From: Acidobacteriota bacterium
GTDB taxonomy: Bacteria; Acidobacteriota; Vicinamibacteria; Vicinamibacterales; UBA2999
NCBI GenBank assembly: GCA_041178345.1
Contig: JBEGVQ010000048.1
Location: 1,021 to 65,020, forward strand
Reading direction: 5' to 3'
DNA length: 64,000 bases
The notes beneath the pieces were generated by a model. That model was given only the letters and a program-made list of their open reading frames with translations. It had not been told where the DNA came from and searched no databases. The number at the start of each line of letters is the position of its first letter. Position 1 is the stretch's first letter. The translations under genes and the position numbers were made by a program. Shown here piece by piece: positions 1 to 7,351 of this stretch.

Positions 1-343
1 AGCGCGCCGGCTCGGCCAACTTGGTGCTGCGGCCGAAGCCGCGCGCGTCGAGTGCGACCATCCGGTAGGTCTGCGGGAGCGCCTTCGCGATGCCCAACAT
101 GCTCTCGAGCGCCGCGCTGTAGCCGTGAATGAGCACGACGGCATCGCCGGCTCCCGCCTCACGGTAGCGCAGCGTCACGCCCTCAGCAGTGAACTGCTGG
201 TCCGGCGCGGTGGCGAGTGCCGCTGGCGCGGGCGCCGCAGCGACCTGAGCGGGCGCGGCCTGTGGCGGCCGGCCAGCGGTCAACGCCGCGGTGGCGGAGC
301 AGAGGCAGACGACGAGGGCAGCGGTGATCAGCTTGATTCGCAT
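1..343 (-). CDS. alpha/beta-fold hydrolase, N-terminal part (3' end runs off the window)
   Basis: Open-ended, so absent from the ORF track. Manual minus-strand translation from ATG 343-341 gives MRIKLITAALVVCLCSATAALTAG...FTAEGVTLRYREAGAGDAVVLIHGYSAALESM...VALDARGFGRS. This is a signal-peptide-like start followed by the typical VVLxHG...DxRGxGxS opening of alpha/beta hydrolases. Confidence 0.6.
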   Translation of the reverse strand, partial: MRIKLITAALVVCLCSATAALTAGRPPQAAPAQVAAAPAPAALATAPDQQFTAEGVTLRYREAGAGDAVVLIHGYSAALESMLGIAKALPQTYRMVALDARGFGRSTKLAEPAR

Positions 344-420
344 GGCGTGAGAGCCTAACACGACCGGCTGATCCCGGCCACGCGTGAACCGAAAGCGCCA
401 GCCGGGCCGCGGCTGAATGC

Positions 421-452
421 AAAACAGCCCGGAAAGCGGATGCCTCCCGGGC
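421..452 (-). terminator. putative intrinsic terminator after the DUF4097 gene
   Basis: GCCCGG (427-432) pairs with CCGGGC (447-452) around a 14-nt loop. On the minus strand the hairpin is followed by CTGTTTT (plus-strand aaaacag, 421-427). Confidence 0.4.
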
Positions 453-477
453 CGTTCTGGTCGTGGACGTGACGTGC

Positions 478-1434
478 TTAGCGCTCGATGCGAATCGTGC
501 CGTCGCCGGTCCGAATGCGCAGGGTCTTGCCGCCGTCGCCCATCTTCGAGCGCAGGATGCGGCGGCGCTCGCGCCGATCGTCGCTGCCCTCGCCTTCCTT
601 GCGCTCGTCGCGGCCATCGTCGAGCAGCGGGTGCGACGAGCGCACCGAGCCGTCGCGCGTTTCGGCGTCGAGCTCGGCGTTGAACGCCGACGGCAGGGTC
701 AGCGTGACGCTTCCGTCCCCGGTGGTGAGATCCCAGTGGCCGGTCATCACGGTGTCGGGGTCGATCTGCACGCGCACCGAACCGTCACCGGTCTTCAGCC
801 GCAACACCGACGGCTGCCCCTCGAACCCAATGCTGCCATCGTCGGTTTCCAGGTCGAGCGTGCCGGTGACCTTGTCGAGCCGGATCGAGCCGTCGCCGGA
901 GCGCACCTGGATGTCGCCCGACAGGCGCGTGGCGGTCACGCTGCCGTCGGCGGTGTTGAGCACGATCTTGCCATCGAGGGCCTCGGCGCGAATCGCTCCG
1001 TCACCACTGCGGGCGACGAGGTTGCTGTTGCGCGGCACGGCCACGCGCAGGCGCGCGGTCGGCGAAATGTTCACGCCGATCGTGAGGCCACTGAAGTCGG
1101 CGCGCGACGGCCCGGTGACCCTCAGCACGATCGTGTCGCCCTGCTGGGTCGCCTCGACCTTGATCTGATCGATCAGCGACTGTTCCATCGCGCGCTTCTC
1201 GATCTCGACCTCCACCTCGGGCTTGTCCCACGAGTGGATCTCAATGGCGCCGTCGAACGTGTCGAGGTCGATCTGCGGCAGGCCGGTGACCTTGAACGAC
1301 TTGGTTTCGCGGGCCGACAGGCCCTCGGTATTGAGGTTGACCTCGCACCCCGCCAGCAACGTCGACGCCAGTAACAACGGGCCCGTCACGGGCAGTGAAC
1401 GCGCGGACGTGAACCTCATGAGCAGCTCAGCCAC
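478..1434 (-). CDS. DUF4097-like (putative adhesin) lipoprotein
   Basis: ORF-track protein with lipobox LLAGC after a hydrophobic leader. It has repeated 'GDGSI/V..' beta-strand units typical of DUF4097 and a charged C-terminal tail. The start could instead be the internal MRFTSAR at 1419. Confidence 0.65.
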   Translation of the reverse strand: MAELLMRFTSARSLPVTGPLLLASTLLAGCEVNLNTEGLSARETKSFKVTGLPQIDLDTFDGAIEIHSWDKPEVEVEIEKRAMEQSLIDQIKVEATQQGDTIVLRVTGPSRADFSGLTIGVNISPTARLRVAVPRNSNLVARSGDGAIRAEALDGKIVLNTADGSVTATRLSGDIQVRSGDGSIRLDKVTGTLDLETDDGSIGFEGQPSVLRLKTGDGSVRVQIDPDTVMTGHWDLTTGDGSVTLTLPSAFNAELDAETRDGSVRSSHPLLDDGRDERKEGEGSDDRRERRRILRSKMGDGGKTLRIRTGDGTIRIER

Positions 1435-1508
1435 TGGGGGCCGTTCAGGTTATCGGGGAAAATCGGTGTCACTCTGTGGCCTCAGGCAGATAGACGGACT
1501 GGCGGAGG

Positions 1509-2717
1509 TCAGTGTTCCCACACGGCAGACCCGGCCACGTAGGTCCGGCGAACCGCCAGGCCCGGGCCCAGCACCACGAGGTCGGCCATGCTGCCGACGG
1601 CAATCGTCCCGACCTCGGCCAGCCCGAGCTCGGCCGCGGGGGTCGTCGAACACAGGCGGGCGGCCTCGGTGAGGCTCACGCCGGCCTGCTGAACGAGCCG
1701 GCGAAACGCACCATCCATGGTGAGGACGCTCCCGGCCAGCGTGCCGTCAGCGAGCTGGGCGCTCTGTTCGGTCACCATGATGTCCTGCTCGCCGAGCCGT
1801 GCCCGAGAGCCCGGCGGCAGCCCCGCGCCGGCCGTGCCGTCGGTGATCGCCATGAGCCGCCGCGCGGTCTTCGCGCGCAGTGCCAGCGCGACCAGCGCCG
1901 GGTGCACGTGCACGCCGTCGCAGATGATCTCGGCGGCGACCGCATCCGATTCGAGCACGGCGCCGACCACGCCCGGCGAACGCGACGTCGGCGCGGACAT
2001 GCGATTGAACAGGTGCGTGGCCTGGCACGCGCCGGCCGCGATGGCCGCCTTCGCTTCATCGTAACTGGCGCCGGTGTGGCCGATCGAGACCCGGTGCCCG
2101 GCCGCCACCAACGCCCTCACCAGGTCCAGGCCGCCGGGCAGTTCTGGCGCCAGGGTGATGATCCCGGCTTCGGCACGATGACGCGCGATCACGTCGAGAA
2201 TGTCGCCGGCGCTGAACTCGCCTTCCGCCTTCTCACTTCTCACTTCCAACTTCTCACTTCCGTGAGGAGGCAGGCGCAGGCAGCGCCGCGGCTGCGCACC
2301 GTTCCAGTCGGGATTGATGAAGTTGCTTTCAAGATGCGCGGGCAGCACGCGTGCCGACCGTGGCGCGAGCGCCCGCCGCGCGGCGGCGACCGCGGCCAGC
2401 AGGGCGGCCAGGGCCGCCGGGCCGCACGCGACCGACGTCGGGCAGAACGCGGTCACCCCGTACTTCGGCAGGCGGCTCGCCATGTCGGCGACGGCGCCGG
2501 CGCCATCGAGCGCGTCGATGCCCTCGATGCCGTGCACGTGAACGTCGATGAAGCCGGGCACGATCACCTGGCCGGAACAATCGAGGCGGGTCGCGCCGGC
2601 CGGTCCGTCGACGGCGCGCGGCGCGATCGCCTCGATGCGGCCGTCGCGAATGACCAGCGTGCCGCGCTCGACGACGCGATCCGGCAGCACCAGGTCGGCG
2701 CCGGCGAGCACCATCAT
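1509..2717 (-). CDS. nagA: N-acetylglucosamine-6-phosphate deacetylase
   Basis: Contains PGFIDVHVHG, HLES.., LAPE, GHTGASY, ATHLFNRM, DGVHVHP, ITDGTAG and GTLAGS, which are NagA/amidohydrolase motifs. The listed 488-aa ORF is over-extended. MMVLAGADL starts at 2717, and its ATG overlaps the ROK stop codon (ATGA). Confidence 0.85.
   Translation of the reverse strand: MMVLAGADLVLPDRVVERGTLVIRDGRIEAIAPRAVDGPAGATRLDCSGQVIVPGFIDVHVHGIEGIDALDGAGAVADMASRLPKYGVTAFCPTSVACGPAALAALLAAVAAARRALAPRSARVLPAHLESNFINPDWNGAQPRRCLRLPPHGSEKLEVRSEKAEGEFSAGDILDVIARHRAEAGIITLAPELPGGLDLVRALVAAGHRVSIGHTGASYDEAKAAIAAGACQATHLFNRMSAPTSRSPGVVGAVLESDAVAAEIICDGVHVHPALVALALRAKTARRLMAITDGTAGAGLPPGSRARLGEQDIMVTEQSAQLADGTLAGSVLTMDGAFRRLVQQAGVSLTEAARLCSTTPAAELGLAEVGTIAVGSMADLVVLGPGLAVRRTYVAGSAVWEH
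2219..2260. repeat. six tandem heptamers NNNCTTC inside the nagA coding sequence
   Basis: Plus strand reads CGCCTTC CGCCTTC TCACTTC TCACTTC CAACTTC TCACTTC. The 42 nt (14 codons) are in frame and encode part of ...SEKLEVRSEKAEGE... in NagA. Confidence 0.8.
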
Positions 2718-3619
2718 GCGGGCGGTCGCGCGGCCGCGCGGGCCGCGCCGATGGCGACGGCGTCGGCGCCGAGCGTGGACAGCACGATGCGCACGTGTTC
2801 GGACTGCGCCGGCCGCAGCCGGCGGCTGCATTCCAGGCGAATCGCCTCGAGCATCATGTCGCCGGACGCGGCGATGGTGCCGCCGAGGACGACGGCCTGC
2901 GGGTCGAGCATCGTCACCAGGTTGGCCACGGCCATGCCAACGTACTTCGCGGTGTCGCGGACCACCGCGATGCACACGCCATCGCCCACCCGCGCTCCCT
3001 GAAAGACATCATCCGCGGTCAGGCGGTTCAGGTCGCCGCCGACGTGGTCGGCCACCGAGGAGCGATCGCCCGATTTGATGCGCCACACCAGCCGGCGAAC
3101 AATGCCGGCGGCGGCCACTTCGGCCTCGAGGCCTCCGTAGCGGCGATAGTCATCACGTTCCACCGGGTTGAGCGCCAGCCAGCAGATCGAGCCGGCCATG
3201 CCGTGCGCGCCGAGCCATGGTTCGCCGTTGATCAGGACGCCGGCCGTGACGTGCGCGCCAATGGCGCAGGTGACGAGCTGTTTCAGGCCGCGGGCCGCGC
3301 CGCACCATTGCTCGGCGATGGCGGCCGCGGTCCCGGCGCCAATCGGCATGGTGGCGCGCGCGCCTGGCGCCGCCTCGGCGAGCATCGCGGCGATGTCGGC
3401 GGCAACCGGATCGCCTGGCTGCGGCAGGGCCACCGCACTGGCGGCGATCTTGCCGCCGGCGCCGGCAATGGCGCGCGTGACGGTGTCGCGCAGGGCCTGG
3501 GCCGGGTTGCCGGCGGCCGGCGGCAGATGGCCGCGCGACACCACCTGGGCGGCGTCGTTGACGACCACCACGCGCGCGACCAGGTCCGAGAGGTCGACGC
3601 CAAGCGTCAGTTCAGGCAT
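2714..3619 (-). CDS. ROK/BadF-type sugar kinase-like protein (divergent)
   Basis: MPELTLGVDLSDLVARVVVV.. (actin-fold ATPase phosphate-1 motif) and ..GAHVTAGVLINGEPWLGAHGMAGSICW.. resemble ROK kinases. The CxCGxxGC zinc motif is not evident. The start at 3619 overlaps the upstream gene by 8 nt. Confidence 0.6.
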   Translation of the reverse strand: MPELTLGVDLSDLVARVVVVNDAAQVVSRGHLPPAAGNPAQALRDTVTRAIAGAGGKIAASAVALPQPGDPVAADIAAMLAEAAPGARATMPIGAGTAAAIAEQWCGAARGLKQLVTCAIGAHVTAGVLINGEPWLGAHGMAGSICWLALNPVERDDYRRYGGLEAEVAAAGIVRRLVWRIKSGDRSSVADHVGGDLNRLTADDVFQGARVGDGVCIAVVRDTAKYVGMAVANLVTMLDPQAVVLGGTIAASGDMMLEAIRLECSRRLRPAQSEHVRIVLSTLGADAVAIGAARAAARPPA

Positions 3620-4028
3620 GTTCGGGCTGCCAATCAGGGCGCGCGTGCAGCTTGCGGCCGTCAAGCGGCAGCGGCGCTCCGGTAAATAGCTGTTCGTCGA
3701 GGCGCGCGAGCAACGCCGCCAGCCCGCGCTCGTCGGGGGCGGCCATCACCAGCACGCCGCTGCCCTGCCCGGGCGGAAACCGCCGGTCGTCCAGGTAGTC
3801 GCGATCGAGCGTGACGAGCGTCCGGCGCAACTGGCGGGCCAGCCGGTAGTGCTCGGCATCGCGGGCCCGGCGCAGATCCGGATGATCCATCACGAACAGG
3901 ACGTCCCAGCGCAACTGTTCGCGCATGAACCCGACGAGCCCCGCCGGCACGTTAGCGTCGGCATACACCCGCGGCCGCCCGGCCACCCCGCCGGCCACCG
4001 GCCCCAGCTCCGACCACAGGGTTCCCAT
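3612..4028 (-). CDS. DUF5615/Mut7-C-like (PIN-like fold) domain protein
   Basis: The pattern ..YADANVPAGLVGFMREQLRWDVLFV...RTLVTLDRDYLDDRRF.. resembles DUF5615 proteins (D-x-N-xP ... LxTxDxDF). The assignment comes from remembered family patterns only. Confidence 0.4.
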   Translation of the reverse strand: MGTLWSELGPVAGGVAGRPRVYADANVPAGLVGFMREQLRWDVLFVMDHPDLRRARDAEHYRLARQLRRTLVTLDRDYLDDRRFPPGQGSGVLVMAAPDERGLAALLARLDEQLFTGAPLPLDGRKLHARPDWQPEHA

Positions 4029-4037
4029 AGGCAGGCG

Positions 4038-5168
4038 TCAGGCTTTGGCTTTCCCGCGTTTCTTGATCTGCTTCCGGGCCTCGCGCTCAAGGTCGGCAAC
4101 GAGCGCCGCCCGTTGCGACAACAGCCCCTTGCGCGGGCGGCGGCCGTTCTGGTGGCCGACCGCGTACTCGCAGAACAACGGGAACGCGATGGTCGAGTCG
4201 GCGTAGACCACCGCGGTGTCAGGCAACACGCTTGGGTTCACCTTGCCCCAGCTCACGGCTTCGGCCGGCGTGGCGCCCGACAGGCCGCCCCACACCACCG
4301 AGTCGGTGGTGATCTGGATGAAGTAGTCGTTGCCGCCCTTCGGAATGCCGTAGACCTCCCACAGCGTGGGCTGGCCCTGCAGGTAGAAGTTCTTCGGCGA
4401 GCCGCCGCCGAGGATGACGCAGCCGTTCTTCTCGGCGGCGCGGATGATCGCGCACACCTCGTTGACGTCCTTGTTGGGATCGACCTGCAGCGTACTGCGG
4501 TTGATCAGCTCGTGGTACGCCACGTTCATGCCGATCGAACTGTCGCCCGGCGACGAGGTGTAGATGGGCACGCCGAACTTGGCCGCCGAGGCGACGATCG
4601 AATACTTGGCGCACCCGGGCCGCACCTTCAACAGGTGCCGGCCGAGATGTTCATGCATTTCGGCCGACGACATCGGCCCCTCGAGGCCGCTTGCGACCAG
4701 GAAGTCGCGGATGAAGCTGTCGGTATCGAGCAGGACCTGCGCCGGGAACAGCACGTCGTAGATGCGGATGACGCCTTCGTCATAGAGCACACGGTCGTCC
4801 ACGAACGGCGAGCCGCGGCGAAGCGTGAAATTCAGGGCGTAGTGCAGGTCGTGGTAGAGATTGGCGCCGGTGCTGATGATGAAATCGATCAGGCCGCGCT
4901 CCATCAGCTCGATGACGCAGCCGCCCAGGCCGGCCGGGGTCATGGCGCCGGCCATCGTCAACGCGATGGTGGTGTTGCTCTTCTTGGCGAGCATCTTGTC
5001 GCCGTAGATCCGGCAGGCCTCGCCGAGCCGCGCCGCGTTGAAGGCCTGGAACCCCTCGTCGATCAGCGTGCGGACAGCGGCGCTGCCCTTCGGGCGGTAG
5101 TAACGGATCGGCTTGCCCTTGAGAAACGACCTGGGCCCTTTCGGCGCGCCGGGGGATCGGTATGGCAT
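4038..5168 (-). CDS. deoxyhypusine synthase-like (DHS family) protein
   Basis: MPYRSPG...TMAGAMTPAGLGG...ISTGANLYHD...ILGGGSPKNF...ITTDS..WGGLSGATP.EAVSWGK are DHS-family hallmarks. The listed 714-aa ORF is a run-on. The true ATG is at 5168-5166. Confidence 0.8.
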   Translation of the reverse strand: MPYRSPGAPKGPRSFLKGKPIRYYRPKGSAAVRTLIDEGFQAFNAARLGEACRIYGDKMLAKKSNTTIALTMAGAMTPAGLGGCVIELMERGLIDFIISTGANLYHDLHYALNFTLRRGSPFVDDRVLYDEGVIRIYDVLFPAQVLLDTDSFIRDFLVASGLEGPMSSAEMHEHLGRHLLKVRPGCAKYSIVASAAKFGVPIYTSSPGDSSIGMNVAYHELINRSTLQVDPNKDVNEVCAIIRAAEKNGCVILGGGSPKNFYLQGQPTLWEVYGIPKGGNDYFIQITTDSVVWGGLSGATPAEAVSWGKVNPSVLPDTAVVYADSTIAFPLFCEYAVGHQNGRRPRKGLLSQRAALVADLEREARKQIKKRGKAKA

Positions 5169-5180
5169 TGCTTCTAGACT

Positions 5181-5684
5181 ATGCCAAAAACTGACGGCTC
5201 GCGGCCGGGTTTCGGACACCACCGCCGGCTTTGGAGTAGCATCTGGTCTGTGAATCAGGACGTCTGGATTCCACTGGCTGGTATCCTGGCCGCCGGCGCC
5301 GTGGCGCTGGTCCTGTTCTTCTGGTGGAAGGGTTGGCCGTTCGCCGAGGGCGACGTGTTTCGCGCCAGCCGCCTGTCGCGCGGCAACCGGTTGTTTCCGA
5401 CGCAGGTCTTGATCACGCCGACGGCGGTGGTGCATTACACTCCCGAGCTGGTCGGCAGGAAAGAACATTCGATTCACCTGGCACACGTGGCGTCGGTCAG
5501 CATTGATACCAACCTGTTGTTCTCGAACGTGCTGATCGAAACCAGCGGCGGCACCGCGCCGGTGCAGTGCCACGGCCACAGCAAGGCCGATGCCGTCCGC
5601 ATGAAGCAGCTCATCGAGCAGTACCAGACGCAGTACTACCGGACCACGGGCACGCCGCCGGCCGCCGAGGTGTTGCGTGGATGA
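5181..5684 (+). CDS. membrane-anchored bacterial PH (bPH_2/YdbT-like) domain protein
   Basis: One TM helix (IPLAGILAAGAVALVLFFWW) is followed by ..LITPTAVVHYTPELVGRKEHSIHLAHVASVSIDTNLLFSNVLIETSGG.., which looks like a bPH_2 domain. The start is uncertain; GTG near 5250 is possible. Confidence 0.5.
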   Translation: MPKTDGSRPGFGHHRRLWSSIWSVNQDVWIPLAGILAAGAVALVLFFWWKGWPFAEGDVFRASRLSRGNRLFPTQVLITPTAVVHYTPELVGRKEHSIHLAHVASVSIDTNLLFSNVLIETSGGTAPVQCHGHSKADAVRMKQLIEQYQTQYYRTTGTPPAAEVLRG

Positions 5685-7023
5685 CCTGATGTTCGCGGCG
5701 CGGCGCAGCGCCGGCGGCAGCCGCCGGGCCGAGCCGGTCGACACGGAGGCGCGGTTCAAGAACCTCGTGCAGTCGCCGCTCCGGGCCGGCATCCTGCGGT
5801 TCCTGTCGGCGCGGCCGGAAGAAGCCTTCGACGCCGAGCACCTGATGCAGACCTTTGGCCGCATGCGGCTGGACGTCGAGAACTGCATCAGCGAGCTGGT
5901 CGAGTTCGGCGTAATCCGCCGCAATCCCCTGGATCCGCCCACGTACCAGGCGGTGCGGCCCGAGGCGGCGCCGGTGGCGAACCTGCTCGACATCTTCCTC
6001 GAGGGCCGCGCCAACCTCGGCATCGAGGACGCGTCGCCGTCGGTGCAGCGCTTCCGCGAGATGATCGGCCGCGACGAGAAGATGCTGGCCATCTTCGAGT
6101 GGATTCGCACGGCGGCCAAGTCCGACATCTCGGTGCTGATCCTGGGCCCGACCGGCGCCGGCAAGGAAGTGGTCGCGCGCATGATCCACGAGCTGTCGCG
6201 CCGCGGCCCCGAGAACTTCCAGGCGGTGAACTGCGCGGCGCTGCCCGACAGCCTGTTCGAGTCGGAACTGTTCGGCTACGAGAAAGGCGCCTTCACCGGC
6301 GCGCATGATCGCAAGCCCGGCCGGCTGGAACAGACCAACGGCGGCACGCTGTTCCTCGACGAGGTCGGCGACATGTCGCTGATGGCGCAGGCCAAGCTCC
6401 TGCGGGTGCTCGAGGAACGCCGCTTCGAACGGCTGGGCGGCAACAAGTCGATCCACGTCGACTTCCGGCTGATCTCGGCCACCAACCGCCCGCTCGACAT
6501 GTTCGTCCGCGAGAGCCGGTTCCGCGAGGACCTGTATTACCGCATCAACGCGTTCGCGATTCGCCTGCCCTCGCTACGGGAGCGCGCGGTCGACATTCCC
6601 GTGCTGGCCAACCGCTTCCTCGCGCGCTACTGCGCGGCCAACGGCTTGCCGCTCGACGCCAAGCAGTTTTCGTCGGAAGCCCAGGATCTGCTGGCCGCGT
6701 ACCACTGGCCAGGCAACATCCGCGAGCTCGAAAGCACGGTGTCGCGCGCGGCGCTGTCAGCGCCCGGGCGCTCGATTCGCGCCGCCGACATCGAGTTCCT
6801 GCATGGCCACGCCATGCCACGTCCCGACGAAACTCCAAATCGCCTGCCGTCGCTGCGCGATTCGGAGCGGGCGCACATCATCCGCGTGCTCGAGGCCACC
6901 GAGTGGAACAAGCTGGAGGCGGCGAAGGTGCTCGACATCAGCCGCGGGACCCTCTACCGCAAGATCGACGAGTACGGGCTCGAACCGGCAGCCGGTTCAG
7001 GGCGCCGACGCGGCCGAAGCTAA
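5677..7023 (+). CDS. sigma-54-dependent transcriptional activator (bEBP) with non-canonical N-terminal domain
   Basis: Walker A GPTGAGKE, the GAFTGA loop (EKGAFTGAHDRK), Walker B TLFLDEVGD, and a C-terminal Fis-type HTH (AAKVLDISRGTLYRKIDEYGL). The N-terminal ~130 aa look winged-helix-like, not REC, GAF or PAS. The gene overlaps the PH-domain gene by 8 nt (GTG 5677; the alternative start ATG 5689 lies 4 nt past the PH-gene stop and would not overlap). Confidence 0.85.
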   Translation: MDDLMFAARRSAGGSRRAEPVDTEARFKNLVQSPLRAGILRFLSARPEEAFDAEHLMQTFGRMRLDVENCISELVEFGVIRRNPLDPPTYQAVRPEAAPVANLLDIFLEGRANLGIEDASPSVQRFREMIGRDEKMLAIFEWIRTAAKSDISVLILGPTGAGKEVVARMIHELSRRGPENFQAVNCAALPDSLFESELFGYEKGAFTGAHDRKPGRLEQTNGGTLFLDEVGDMSLMAQAKLLRVLEERRFERLGGNKSIHVDFRLISATNRPLDMFVRESRFREDLYYRINAFAIRLPSLRERAVDIPVLANRFLARYCAANGLPLDAKQFSSEAQDLLAAYHWPGNIRELESTVSRAALSAPGRSIRAADIEFLHGHAMPRPDETPNRLPSLRDSERAHIIRVLEATEWNKLEAAKVLDISRGTLYRKIDEYGLEPAAGSGRRRGRS

Positions 7024-7351
7024 CCTTCGGGCAGACCACCAGCCGGCGCATAATGTCGTTTACTGTCATCTCAAACAAGCGCGACAGACGGCATATTTGC
7101 ACACCAAACAGCTGACTTTCCTTTCATTAAGTATAATTAAATAAACAATTTACATAAGAAAACCCGAGGTGGAGTGCCCACTCGTGTAAATTTCCTGTTG
7201 AGATATGACTTTATGGTCATGTATGCTCATCGGGTCGTGAACAGCAGCAGCTCCCCGCGTCCAACTAACTTGTCTCGAGGCTCGATTTGTTCGATTGCGG
7301 AAACCTCGCGAGCCAAGGCAGTCTGGGGTTCGTAAGAAAAATTCAGCGCAC
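7024..7351 (+). promoter_or_regulatory. AT-rich non-coding island / probable promoter and long leader of the HD-GYP-GGDEF gene
   Basis: About 7040-7250 is visibly AT-rich (for example ttcattaagtataattaaataaacaatttacataagaaaa) in an otherwise high-GC window. It contains a perfect TATAAT (7131-7136) and a GAGTG-CCC-CACTC hairpin. No credible ORF is present. Confidence 0.45.

Noticed and set aside
463-1374. Long plus-strand ORFs (463-1374, 488-1168) overlapping the DUF4097 gene. The same applies to 1512-3002(+), 7496-9436(-), 15276-16175(-), 31187-32326(-), 42508-43821(-), 47129-49378(-), 55364-57616(-) and 58454-60004(-).
   Set aside because: Their translations are Arg/Ala/Gly/Pro-rich with no recognisable motifs. 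Each lies antisense or out of frame to an ORF with clear family signatures. These are typical high-GC shadow ORFs.
2219-2260. Heptamer arrays (also at 13685, 27681 and 53279) as a CRISPR array or minisatellite mobile element.
   Set aside because: The units are 7 nt with no spacers, the arrays are at most 42 nt long, and there are no flanking inverted repeats or cas or transposase genes. They are reported as a micro-repeat family instead.
3612-4028. Toxin-antitoxin module based on the DUF5615/PIN-like protein.
   Set aside because: There is no small DUF433-type or other antitoxin ORF adjacent. The gene is embedded by overlaps in a metabolic operon. The family assignment itself has low confidence.
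4038-6182. 714-aa ORF apparently fusing a large N-terminal region to the deoxyhypusine-synthase-like protein.
   Set aside because: The N-terminal ~340 aa are low-complexity and antisense to the PH-domain and bEBP genes. The DHS homology begins at MPYRSPG (ATG 5168). The same reasoning was used to trim the ORFs at 1509-2975, 11388-12458, 12296-13846, 21198-23624, 25140-27905, 27733-29202, 35873-38407, 42013-44079, 45295-47139, 51419-52411 and 55583-59101.
7140-7351. c-di-GMP (GEMM) riboswitch in the leader of the HD-GYP/GGDEF gene.
   Set aside because: The conserved GEMM-I elements (GGCAAACC / GCAAAGCC-type tetraloop-receptor segments) are not visible. Only an Infernal scan could settle this, so it is kept as an open question under the AT-rich island finding.
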